NCBI GenBank assembly: GCA_025558095.1
Contig: JAIVFI010000041.1
Location: 310,001-374,000, forward strand
DNA: 64,000 nt
Origin: Hyaloraphidium curvatum SAG 235-1
Lineage: Eukaryota > Fungi > Monoblepharomycota
Reading direction: 5' to 3'
Positions 10,176 to 20,680 of the stretch are shown here, in pieces. Each line of letters starts with the position of its first letter. The first letter of the stretch is position 1. Below the pieces are notes generated by a model. It did not search any database and was not told where the DNA came from. It saw only the letters and a program-made list of their open reading frames with translations. A program made the translations under genes and the position numbers.

Positions 10176-13100
10176 ATGCGTTCGATACCCTCCGCCGCCG
10201 CCGCGCTCGCGGCGCTGCTGCCGCTCCTCGCGGGCGCCGTCCACGCGGCGCCGCTCTCTGCCCGCCAGGCGGGCGCGCCGCCGCCGCTCGTGCCGCTCGC
10301 CACTTCGGGCTTCACGGCCGCGTACTGCGCCGGCGGGGCCGCGCCGGCCATTTCCTGCCCCGCCGGCCGTGCTGTGCAGGTCACCCGCGCCGCGTTCGGC
10401 TACGACGCCGCGTGCCCCTCCTCGGCGTCCGCGCCGGTCGCCTGCTCGCTGACCGCGCAGTCCGCTGCCGCCCTGGCCGCGTGGGCCGCCGCGCTCTGCG
10501 ACGGGCAGTTGCAGTGCGCGCCGCCCGCCCCCGCGGACGTCGCCGCCGCGTTCGGCTCGCCGTGCGCGGGCGCCGCCGTGCGCGTGGACTGGGCGTGCCG
10601 CGACTCGGCAGTCGACCCGCCGACGCCCGCCGCCCCGCTATCCAGCGACCCGCTGAGGCGCGCCTTCCCCGCGACCACCGTCGGTCAGAAGTGCCCCAAG
10701 TACGCAGCGGGAGTCGCCTCGGCGGTCAACGGCGCCTACGCCCTCTCGCAGAAGTTCGCCGCCGGCGGCCCTGCGCCCACGGGCATCTCCATCTTTGCCG
10801 CGGACCTCGCCGCCACCAACCTCGACGCCGCCGTGCGCGCGGCCTCGGGCGGCGCCCTCAACCTCGACACCGTGACCGAGCTCAACATCACCGCCTTCAA
10901 CTTCGACCTCGGCAACGGCACCGTCGTCGTGGCCCGCAACAACTCGGGCTTCACCAAGGTGCGCGTCGAGGCTTTCAACTTGATCTCCAACGGCGGCAGC
11001 CTCGACGTGCGCTCGCACGGGCCGGACGCCTCGGGCCGCTTCGGACCCGACGTGACCGTCAGGGCCGCACGGGTCTTTGGTCCGGCCTACTTTGTCCAGA
11101 ACGGCGTGCCGGCCGGCACGGCCCAGCAGGTGCAGGACATGACGTGGAACAGTGGGTTTGCACCACGCAAGTGCGCAGGACCTGCGGAGCTGATCCTTCG
11201 ATCCCGCAGTACAAACCAACTACCTGGACGGGTCCGGGGGCTTCGACTACACCAAGGGCGGATGCTCCCTCACATCGGGCGAGGGAGGATCCCCCGGACG
11301 GGGCTGGGACATCATGTTCCAGAGTTATGCATGGGCATGCAACGACACGGCAGGCTCGCTGCAGCCCCTGTGCTACACAGACCTGACGTGCAACGAGACC
11401 CCCTGCACGACGGCCCAGATCTCCTGGGCCACGACGGACTACATCGGCCCCAACGCCGCCCCGCCGCAGGCCGACGGCCTGCCCTACCAGGTCAACCTGG
11501 ACCGCTTTGTCTTCCCGGCATTCGTCGACAACTTTGGTGGCACGGGCGCCAAGGCCCCCGGCAAGACGGTGGCGTACGGCTCGGCGACCTCGCAGGCCGG
11601 CGCGTTCTACACCCGCGACGGGCTCACCACCGCCTCGGCCGCCAACCCGACCTCGGGAGGCACCTGGGGCTTCGGGCCCGCCATAGGCATCATCTCCACA
11701 GCCGACTTTACCTACGACCTCGGCGCCCTACCGAGCTCCAACCACCCCTCGGAGGCCTTTTCCATGACCTACCCCTCGCAGCCCCCCACGGCCGGCCTCC
11801 TCGGCCTCGTCGGCGGTCCCAACACGCCCGCGGGCGCCGCCGCGCCCTTCCCTGGCGCAACCTACTACCAGAAGCTCGTCACGGCCATGTGCGGCTCGCT
11901 GGACGACTTTCCTCCCTTCGCCGTGACCGGCGTGATCGACTACAACACCGCCATGGCTGACCCCGTCGCCTACGGCGGGCCTTCGACCGTGCTCTCGCGG
12001 TTCGCCGCCGGATGCGCGGACGAGATGGTCTCGGCCGGCCGCTACGCAGACGCCCAGGCCTTCCTCTCCGACGCCCTCCCCTCCCTCCCCGCCGCGGACC
12101 CCGCCACCGCGCGCGGCTTCGCGACCCTGGGCTCGCTCCGCACCGCGCGGCGCGAGGTCCCCTCCCATGCGGTCCCGCTGCTCTCCGCCGCCACCCTCGA
12201 GCAGGCCGTCGGGACCGAGCTCGCGGCGATGCAGTACCTCGAGGCCAACCTGACGTCGCTGCAGGCGCAGGGCACGACGGCCGCCGGGGCGCTGTCGGCG
12301 TTGGTGGCCGCCAACGCGACGATCGGGGCGGCGGTCGGGGCGGCGCAGGTGCAGGTGCAGGGGGACCTCAAGAGCGTGCAGCTCTACAGCAACGCGTTCC
12401 AGGCGCTGAACCAGACGTACCAGGACCGCTACACGGACGTGCAGACCAAGCAGGCGGCGTTCCAGGACGGGGTCAAGAAGGCCGAGAGCGCCGCGATCGC
12501 CGAGATCGTCGTCGAGTTCATCCTCGACATCGCGGTGCTGCTCGCGACCGAGGGCGCCGCGGGCTCGTCGATCGCCAACACGGCCAAGGAGGCCGGCAGC
12601 CTCGCCAAGGCATTCGCCAACCTGGAGAAGTTCGCCTCCATCCTGTCGCAGATCGGCACCATGCTCTACAACGTGCAGCAGCTCGTCGCGGAGCTCATCC
12701 CCCTCGTGAACCAGATCCAGTCGCTGCCCTCGGACCCCGGGGTCCAGATTCCCCCGGACGCTGTGGCCGCCGCCTCGGGAAGCAACGACACCATCGCCTC
12801 GCTCAGCTCCGCCCTGCTCAGCTACCAGGACCTCCGCGACCAGGCCACGGTCTACCTGGGCCCGGCGATCCAGCAGGGCATCGACGGCGCCTCTGACTAC
12901 GCGCTCTCGCTCTCCGCCCTGGCCAACGCGGGCATCGACATGGTCGGCCTGGAGACGCAGCTCGTCACGGCGCAGCTCAAGCTGGTGCAGTCCGCGGCGA
13001 AGCTGCAGGCCGCGCTGGCCGCGCAGACCGAGATCGCGGGGCTGCTCGCGGCCGCCCAGGGCTCCGCGGGCGGGATCGCAGCCGCCGCGACGGCGGTGCA

Positions 13101-14031
13101 GCTGGACCTGCTGGACCGCAAGGCGCGCGCGCTGGACCTGGTCTACCAGATCGGCGAGGCCTACGGGTTCGCGCGCACGGCGACGTACCAGCTCCCGCAG
13201 GGGCTGCCGGACCCGTCGTCGCCCGCGGCGCAGTTCGTGGCGGCCGTGGACACGGCGATCCAGGCGCTGGACAACCAGGTGTCGCTGTCGCAGCCCGTGT
13301 GCAACAGCAGCTGGATCGTGCAGGACCCGGCGTTCATCGGGAACCTCTCCAAGACGGGGATTGCGTTCCTGGACTTTACGGACCCGACCCAGCTGAACCT
13401 GGCCAACTTCTTCTCCGGGCTCGACGATGTTCACATGCTGCAGATCAATTTGAAGCCCTACGGGATCCGGTACAACGGCACCGGCATCTCCAACCCCGTC
13501 CTGGAGCTCGACATCGACCCCACCGGCGCGTACCGGAACACCTTCACCGCGGCCTCGGGCACGCGCTACGTCGAGGACTTCCTCGCCGTGCCGTGGTCCT
13601 TTGCCATGCAGGTCGAGCCCAACAACAACTGGCAGGTCACCGTGCCCGGGTCCCTCACGGGCGACCCGGCGCAGCGCTTCTACGTGCCAAGCATCTACGG
13701 CCGCTTCCGCGTCTCGGGCAACCCGGACATGGTCGCCTCGTGGGACTGGTCCGCCGTGTGGGGCGTGCAGGTGGAGCTTTGGGGCTTCGCGACAAAGGCC
13801 GGCGCGCCGCAGACCGGGGCCTCCGGGATCGAGGCGCTCAGGGGGTGCCAGTCGCTGTCGCCGGCGGCGATCGAGGCCGTCACGCCCAAGGGGCTCTCGC
13901 TGGGGGTCTCGAGGCCCGCGGTGCCGGTGACGACGACGACGAGGCCCTCGGGAGGGAGGGGCGCGGGGGCGGGGGCGGCGCAGCTGGCGGTTGCGGCCGT
14001 TGCGGCCGTTGCGGCGCTGTTTGCGATCTGA
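10176..14031 (+). CDS. Secreted, probably GPI-anchored SUEL-lectin plus toxin-like protein, paralog B (~1265 aa, 2 exons)
   Basis: Signal peptide MRSIPSAAAALAALLPLLAGAVHA; degenerate SUEL domain (CPAGRAVQVTRAAFG..CDGQLQC..FGSPC); intron 11152-11209; VPLLS, helical region, WDWSAVWGVQVELWG; Thr/Gly linker and hydrophobic C-terminal tail. Confidence 0.75.
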
Positions 14032-14139
14032 TGTCTCCTACTTCGATATCCTACTTCGAAAATTACTACCGAAAGGTCGTTCTTGATCTATAGCTACGTG
14101 TCCCCTCATCTCCGTCTCTAAATTGTGATGGTGTCCCAG

Positions 14140-15348
14140 CTAGAGCTTGGTTGTGCCGTCCACGACGACGACCAAAGGCTTCGCCGGGTCGTCCAATACC
14201 ACCAGGGGTGCGATCGTGGCGAAGAAGGCGTCGGGGTCGGCGGCCTGGTCGGGCGGAACGACGCCACGCTTGGTGATCTTGCCCTGGAAGAAGAGGTGCA
14301 CGGCCGCGGCAAGCGGCGAGCCCGTGACGGGCCCCATGCCGCCGGGGATCACGCCGTTGAGCCAGGCCGCCGCGATCTTGCCGTCGTCCGACTCGGCGAA
14401 GGCCATGATGTCGGGCAGCTCGGTGTTGGTGCCGAAGATGGCGTCCTTGCCGACGGCAAGAGCCACGCGCGCGTTCTCCGAGATCGTGAAGCCCTCCTGC
14501 GTGTCGGTGTACTCGATGAGCTGATTGGCCGCCTGCTCCACCGTTGACCCGCCCGAGTCGACGCGCTCCGCAATGATCTTGAGGATCTCGATGAGGGTGA
14601 GCGAGAAGCCCATCGCGTTGACGCTCTCGCGTACACTCGGGTAACTGAGCGGCAGCGTGACCGCCTCGGGGTGGCCGACCGTGTGCAGAGTAACGTCGCC
14701 GACGGTCGGGACGTCGAGCTGGACCGTCTGCAGAGGCTTGACGGGGGTGCGCTTGCCGTCCTGCTGCACCAGCACCGTGCCTGTCAGCTGCTCGACCCAG
14801 TGCACCACCGCGGCGCCGTGCAGCGGCTCCCTCGTTTTCTCCTGTCGGTCGCTGCCCCACGTGGTGATCATGCGCGATGGCTTGCCGCCCACGCGCGCGG
14901 CGGCCAGGGCGGCCAGCATGTTGGAGAGCCCGGGGCTGGCACCGAAGCCGACGACGCAGGTGAGGCCGGCCGCGGCTGCCCGGTCCGAGAGCGCGAGCAT
15001 GTCCAGCGTCGGCTCGGGGTCGTCGCAGATGTCGAAGTAGTGGCAGCCCGCGTCTATGGCGGCCGAGAGCACGCGGGCGCCGAACACATAGTAGGGTCCG
15101 ATGGTCGCCGCGACCACCTGGTGCTGGGAAAAAAGCGCACGCAGCGCGGCATCGTCCTTGGCGTCGACCGCGGCGTGCATCACGCGCGGGTTGTTGAGCT
15201 CGGCAGCGAACGCGGCCGCGGCGGCGCCGTCGCGATCCGCGATGGTGAGCTTGTCGAAGCCGCCGCCGAGCTTCAGCAGCGCGCGGATGAAGGAGCGGCC
15301 CATGGCACCGCAGCCGCCAAGGGCGACGATACTGGCAAGGCGGGTCAT
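14140..15348 (-). CDS. Saccharopine dehydrogenase-like NAD(P)-dependent oxidoreductase (intronless, bacterial-like)
   Basis: GGCGAMG Rossmann motif, IADRD, GPYY..G..VL.AAI.AG.HY.DICDD, GFGASPGLSN, GHPE. Confidence 0.88.
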   Translation of the reverse strand: MTRLASIVALGGCGAMGRSFIRALLKLGGGFDKLTIADRDGAAAAAFAAELNNPRVMHAAVDAKDDAALRALFSQHQVVAATIGPYYVFGARVLSAAIDAGCHYFDICDDPEPTLDMLALSDRAAAAGLTCVVGFGASPGLSNMLAALAAARVGGKPSRMITTWGSDRQEKTREPLHGAAVVHWVEQLTGTVLVQQDGKRTPVKPLQTVQLDVPTVGDVTLHTVGHPEAVTLPLSYPSVRESVNAMGFSLTLIEILKIIAERVDSGGSTVEQAANQLIEYTDTQEGFTISENARVALAVGKDAIFGTNTELPDIMAFAESDDGKIAAAWLNGVIPGGMGPVTGSPLAAAVHLFFQGKITKRGVVPPDQAADPDAFFATIAPLVVLDDPAKPLVVVVDGTTKL

Positions 15349-15619
15349 GGTTGCAGTTTGGTCCGATGGTGGGGATGAGCCAAGCACATTTAAAGAGTCC
15401 AGCGGAACGAAAGCGGAGCGGAACGGGTCCCGGATGACATTTTTCGCATGCGCACGCGCGCACCACAGCTGTGTCAGAAAAATCTGAAGACCCAAACAGG
15501 CAACCGGATAAGCGCAATTTGCCAGGAAGCTTTTACCAACGGCTGTCCTCTGCTTCGAGCCCCCCGCTTCCGTCGAGCCCCTTCCCTGCTGCAACAGCCC
15601 TCCGCCCTCCCGCAACAAC

Positions 15620-16075
15620 ATGGCGTCTTCCCGTAACTCCTTCGACGTCGTCCTCTACGCCGGCATAAGCGGCATCTGTGCCGGCTACTACCTTAAGTGT
15701 CACTGCCCGGATCGCACTTTCGCGATTCTGGAAGGCCGTGATAGCATCGGCGGCACGTGGGACCTCCTTCGGTAGGAAGAGCCCGACCGGTCCCCGACCG
15801 TCAGCTTGACCACCCGGCCTTTCCGACGATGTACCCGGGCATACTCTCCGACTCGGAGATGTTCGCCTTTTCGTACTCGTTCAAACACTGGACCGCCAAG
15901 GAGTCCATCGCCAGCGGTGCCCAGATCCTTGCCTACCTCCTCGAGACCGCCGGCGAGTTCAGCATTACGCCGCACATCGGGCCTTCACACAAGGTGTTCA
16001 AGGTGTCTTGATCTTCTTCCAAGGAGCTCTGGACCGTCGACGCCGGCGCCGCGGGCACCTTCAGCACCCGATTCG
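15620..16075 (+). pseudogene. Truncated flavin-containing (Baeyer-Villiger/EthA-like) monooxygenase fragment
   Basis: DVV..AGISGI.AGYYL, ILEGRDSIGGTWDL, YPGI.SDSEMF.FSYSF; damaged GAG motif, frame disruption, and only the N-terminal part is present. Confidence 0.75.
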
Positions 16076-16077
16076 TG

Positions 16078-16232
16078 AACAGGGACACCACCTCTCGTGC
16101 TCGTTCAGCGCGTCGAAGCTTTCAGAAAGCGAGAGGGGCGCGGTGCGCAGGCAGAAGGTGCAGCGCAGCGTGTGCTTGCCCAGGGCCGAGAGGGACGACC
16201 GGGGGGAAGGGGACCCGCCCGACAGCGCGAGG
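16078..16232 (-). pseudogene. Inverted ~150 bp duplicated fragment of the zf-C3HC/Rsm1 gene at 19490
   Basis: Translates LALSGGSPSPRSSLSALGKHTLRCTFCLRTAPLSLSESFDALNEHERWCPC, matching about 20150-20306. Confidence 0.85.
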
Positions 16233-16488
16233 GTGGCACACACTCGGCCCCTGACTACATTTTGAGCATTGTGGCGCCTTTATTCGTCGTCGACCACCAC
16301 AGCTCGCAGTGGTTGCTGCACCAAGGACTGCCAGGTCGCGGACAGGAAGCGGAGGCACGGGGTCAACTGCAAGGTGATCAGAGAGAATCGTGGTTCCCGT
16401 CGAGGCGTCTGGAGCTCGCAAGGCTAGTTATATGTCGAAAGGTTGGCTTACAACACCGAACAAGGTCGAACCAGCACGAGACACTCCG

Positions 16489-17226
16489 TCAGGGGACACG
16501 CGACCATGCCGCCACCATAGTCTCGGCCATCCACTGCTCGCGTGCCGTCTGACGCTCATTCTGGAGCCGCTCGGCGAGCGTGTCGATCCCGATGTCGTCG
16601 GTCGGCACCCCGGCCTCGATCAGCCGCGGTGCTACCATCCTGATCCGGTCCGCGATGGTGTCGGGCTGGCCGGGCGCGGCGACGTCGACCTCGGCCCGGA
16701 CGACGGGCCACGGAAGGCCGGCGTCGGCAAACAAGCTCGGCAGCCGGAGGCCGAAAGTGGAGGAGGCTCCTTCGCGCTCGAGCATGCGGCGGAGCCAGCC
16801 CGCGACCTGGTCGTGGAGTGGCAGGCCGGCGTGCGGCCCGTCCGCCAGCACGAACTCCTGCACGAACACGAGCCCACCGGGGCGCAGCAGCGCCAGCAGC
16901 CGCCGGAGCACGGCCGCCGGGTCGGGGAGATACATCAGGACGCGGCGCGCGACGACGGCGTCGAACGTGCCGAGCTCGGCCGGCAGCGGCTGCAACAGGT
17001 CGGCCGCGACGAACGTTGCGCGGTCGCCGTGCCGGGCGCGGGCGGCGGCCAGGAGTCCGTCGTGGCGGTCGAGTCCGACAACCGCGCCCGCACCGCCGAC
17101 GCGCGCAAGGAGCAGTCCCGTGACGTTCCCCGGGCCGCACCCCACGTCGAGCACCCGGTCGCCGGGCGCGAGCCCTGCCTCTTCGAGCCACCGGGCGGTC
17201 ACGGCTTGCGCTTCCTCGAAGATCAT
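16489..17226 (-). CDS. Class I SAM-dependent methyltransferase (intronless, bacterial-like)
   Basis: VLDVGCGPG motif I, GLD, FDAVVARRVLMYL.DP, LRPGG. Confidence 0.88.
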   Translation of the reverse strand: MIFEEAQAVTARWLEEAGLAPGDRVLDVGCGPGNVTGLLLARVGGAGAVVGLDRHDGLLAAARARHGDRATFVAADLLQPLPAELGTFDAVVARRVLMYLPDPAAVLRRLLALLRPGGLVFVQEFVLADGPHAGLPLHDQVAGWLRRMLEREGASSTFGLRLPSLFADAGLPWPVVRAEVDVAAPGQPDTIADRIRMVAPRLIEAGVPTDDIGIDTLAERLQNERQTAREQWMAETMVAAWSRVP

Positions 17227-17538
17227 TGCCTGGCGTTGGGCCTCGACGAGGGCGCGGCGAGGGCTTTTGCTTCAGTGCGGAAGGTCGGCTTCTGGCTTTA
17301 CCTCCTCTCACAAAGATCTCTTCTACTACTCTGCAGGTCCTCGGAGCATCCCAGGCCATCAGCCCGTCCACTTGGCACCGATCCGCCTTCGGTGCGATGG
17401 GGTAAGGCTCCTCGGAAGCCACTTGTTCAACCGTTTGGTCACGGCGGCCCGGAATGAGGCGGCGGACTTCGGGAGGGTACCACACCGCAATGGCAAGCAC
17501 GACGGCCAGCGAGAGCACCAACAATTGTGCCGTGGTGC

Positions 17539-19028
17539 TCACGTGCACGCGAAATCCATCGTCATCCTGACGCCCAGGCCCCTCAGGATGCTCCAGATGC
17601 CCACGATCAGAGTGATCGTCGTCACCACAACCGTCCGGACCACACCGTAGTCCACCGTCAGCCCCAGGAACTTCCCTCTGATCCCCGGGTCCTCCAGGTA
17701 GCCCGACAGCCGGGCGTCGTGCCGTGCCGCCGCGCGGCGGAGCTCCGCATCGGGCGGGTCCGGAAGCTCCCTGAGTTCCCGCCTCGCGGCGTGGTACAGC
17801 GCGCGCACTGAGTTGACTTGCCCGTTGCTGGCGGCCAGGTTGAGCAGGTCCACCAGGGCCAGTCCAAGCACCAGGTAGGCGAAGAAGATTGGATAGAGGG
17901 CCGGCAGGCATCCGCCCGAAACCATGACGATGCAGCTGCAGACCAGAGCCGTGAGCGCCGAGACCACGAGGGCGCTTGAAAAGTTGGTCTGCGATACGCG
18001 CGAGCGCCACGTTGCGGAGAGGGCGCGGTGCACCTCGACGTAAAGGTCCTCGTCATGCGGATCCCCTGGACCGGGCTTGTCCAGCGGTGCCGGGGGCTCC
18101 CCATGATCCACGGCGGAAAGAACGCGGTGACGCAGGGAGCGCAGCACGTGCGAGAGGGCAAGCCGCATCATTCGGTGCGAGATTCGTTCGGAAAGCTGGA
18201 ACATGGCGATGTTCCCGCTGAAGCGGACGGCGGTGGCAGAAGCTGTACAACACAATGGCGGCGACTGCGAGGGCGGAACGTTAGCACTAGGCAACTGCAA
18301 TGAACGACTGTCTCACGGCTCAAGGCCCCCAGGGTCGCGGACCATGGGGTTCGCCAAAAGTCATATCCTTGCGTGACTATGGGCGTAAAAATCATGATGA
18401 CCATCGCAAAGGTCAGCAGGACGGATTTGAAGGCCAGTTCGAGCCAACGAAGGAGCGCAGCCCGGGCACCGAGCCCTCCTGCGCAACCCGGGAGCGGACA
18501 CGGGCATAGCTCGTCGGCGGAATCGTGGACCAGGATGTGTTGCCCACTCCGCTGTGCCTCAGACCACCTCACTAGGGGGGCGAGGGGGTGCTTGTCGAGG
18601 ATTGCGGAGCCCGAGGTCGGCAGCCTGAGGGACCCGCGGTACGTGGCCATGAGACCCTGCCCCACCGTCCATTGCGTAACGGCCACCAGCAGCAAGGCGA
18701 AGCCAAGCGAGAAGTTGTTCAGGGGGAACTGCGCGTGCGGGAACGCCCACGACGCGCTCAGCACAGCGGCGAAGGCGGCGAACATGAAGGCCGCCCGGAC
18801 GATGCCCGCCGCCGCCAGGGGCGCTAGCACGAGCTGCATGCGCGTCGCGGCGCGCAGGGCTGGCCACGGCGCGAGTCCGTCCACCAACGCCCGTGGAGTG
18901 AGGGGTCGAGCATCCCGCGCCGTCGCCGCGCGGTCGGGAAACGGGGGCGCTCCGGAGAGACTCGGCGGCGCAGAGGGCCACGCGGGAAAAGCGGCCAGCC
19001 AGGTTTCGGCCGTCGGCTCGCCGCTCAT
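17539..19028 (-). pseudogene. GR-like 7TM family copy 2, with an apparent frameshift
   Basis: ETWLAAFP, HDSADELCPCPLPGC, GGCLP, LAASNGQV, GKFLGLTVDYGVVRT...IWSILRGLG..C; after intron 18316-18265 the frame shifts near 18240 (pseudogene or sequence error). Confidence 0.7.
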
Positions 19029-19489
19029 GTGGAAAGCGTCAGCTCTTCTGTCTGGGGGACACCGATTCTTCTTTGATTCTCGGGGACACCGCCGCAACCC
19101 TGCCAAGCCATTCCTCGTCTTACACGAACGCTAGCGGCCTGCCTCATTTTCGCGATCGTTCTGATTGGCGAACTTCAAGGAGACGGTTGCGAGGAAGTCT
19201 CCACGTTTCCCTCTCTCACAGCCGCTGCGCGCCCCGCCCGATATATTCGAGTAGGGGGAGACGGCGGGGCTAGGTGTTCACCAAGCTGCGGGTACAGGCC
19301 TCCTTGACCTTGTTCAGAAGCTTAGCAGCCAGCTTTGAACCACAGTTGAGCGACAGCGCGCGCCAGTCGAGGTCCAGGTTCCGGCGAGGAAAGGCGGAAG
19401 ACAGCTGCGGGCGACGCAAGTGAACCGCGTCCAGATAACCGAATCCGCCGCCTATCACGCGGAAGACGCGCCGTCCGCCTTCCTTAGGA

Positions 19490-20527
19490 ATGGACGACCG
19501 CGTGGCGTCGGCGCTCTCGCGGCTGCGCGCGGCGGCGTCCCCCCGCGCGGCCCCCGCGGCCCCCGTCCCCGCAGACGCGTACCGCCTCCCCCTCGCGGTG
19601 CGCGCGCGGCTGGCCACCTTCTCCCCGCGCACGTGGCACGCCAAGCCGGTCGGGCTGCTGGACGCCGCCACGTGCGCCGCCGCGGGGTGGGAGAACAGCG
19701 GGCCGGACGCGCTCGAGTGCAGGGACTGCGGGCGGCGGCTGCTCGTCAAAGTGCGCGAGGTTTCGCACCCGGCGACCGAGGAAGACAAACGGGAGGCCGA
19801 ACTGCAGATGGCGGTGGCGCGGACGTACCACGCCAAGCTGGCCTCGGCGCACGCGGAGGGGTGCCGGTTTCCGAGGGCGGCGGCGTCGCCGGACGAGATG
19901 GCGTTCCCGAGGGTGCCCGGGGCCGCCGCCGCGGAGCTGCTCGCGGGACGGGCGGCGGAGATCGGGCAAATTCCCGACGGAAAGCTGCCAAAGGAGGTTT
20001 CTTTCGGCGGACGACCCCTCTCCCAGGCCGTGGGTTCCCGCACCCAGCTGCACGGCCGCAAGCTCATCCCTGCTCCCATGCTCCAGATACCCGACGCCCT
20101 CCTCCAATCACTCCTCTCCCTCCTCCCCTCCTCTCCTTCCCCGACCCCCCTGGCCCTCGCCCTGGCAGGCTGGTCCCCCTCCCCCCCCTCCTCCCTCTCG
20201 GCCCTGGGCAAGCACGCGCTGCACTGCACCTTCTGCCTGCGCACCGCGCCCCTGTGGCTTTCCGAACGATTCGACGCGCTGAGGGAGCACGAGAGGTGGT
20301 GTCCCTGGGTCGCGCGCGGGGTCGAGGGGAGGGCGGGGTGGGAGGAGGCGGGGAGGGCGGTTGCGGAGGCAAAGGGGGCCGGCGGGGATGCAGGGGAGGG
20401 GCCTCCGAGGAAGAGGTACAGGGTTTCGGTCGGCGGGGAGGAGGGCGCGGGGGATGCGGGGGAGGGGGAGGAGGTGCTGACGCTGGACGCGGCGACGAAG
20501 CGGATTCGGAGCCTGCTGTATGGATGA
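19490..20527 (+). CDS. NIPA/ZC3HC1/Rsm1/Pml39-like zf-C3HC protein
   Basis: RLATF...W.AKP, CAAAGW, LECRDC..H..GC.F; second module LALAGW, LHCTFCLR, FDALREHERWCPW. Confidence 0.85.
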   Translation: MDDRVASALSRLRAAASPRAAPAAPVPADAYRLPLAVRARLATFSPRTWHAKPVGLLDAATCAAAGWENSGPDALECRDCGRRLLVKVREVSHPATEEDKREAELQMAVARTYHAKLASAHAEGCRFPRAAASPDEMAFPRVPGAAAAELLAGRAAEIGQIPDGKLPKEVSFGGRPLSQAVGSRTQLHGRKLIPAPMLQIPDALLQSLLSLLPSSPSPTPLALALAGWSPSPPSSLSALGKHALHCTFCLRTAPLWLSERFDALREHERWCPWVARGVEGRAGWEEAGRAVAEAKGAGGDAGEGPPRKRYRVSVGGEEGAGDAGEGEEVLTLDAATKRIRSLLYG

Positions 20528-20680
20528 TCGGCCGCCCCCGGTGCACTCTAGGTCTTCTCGCCCCCTGCTGTTTGCATTGTGTGCTGGAGGGGTTGCAAAG
20601 TGCGGCGAATGCCGAGGGGCCCCGAGCCTCTTTACTTCTTGCCGTCCCGCCTCAACGGACCGTCTCCCACTGTGCCGGGG

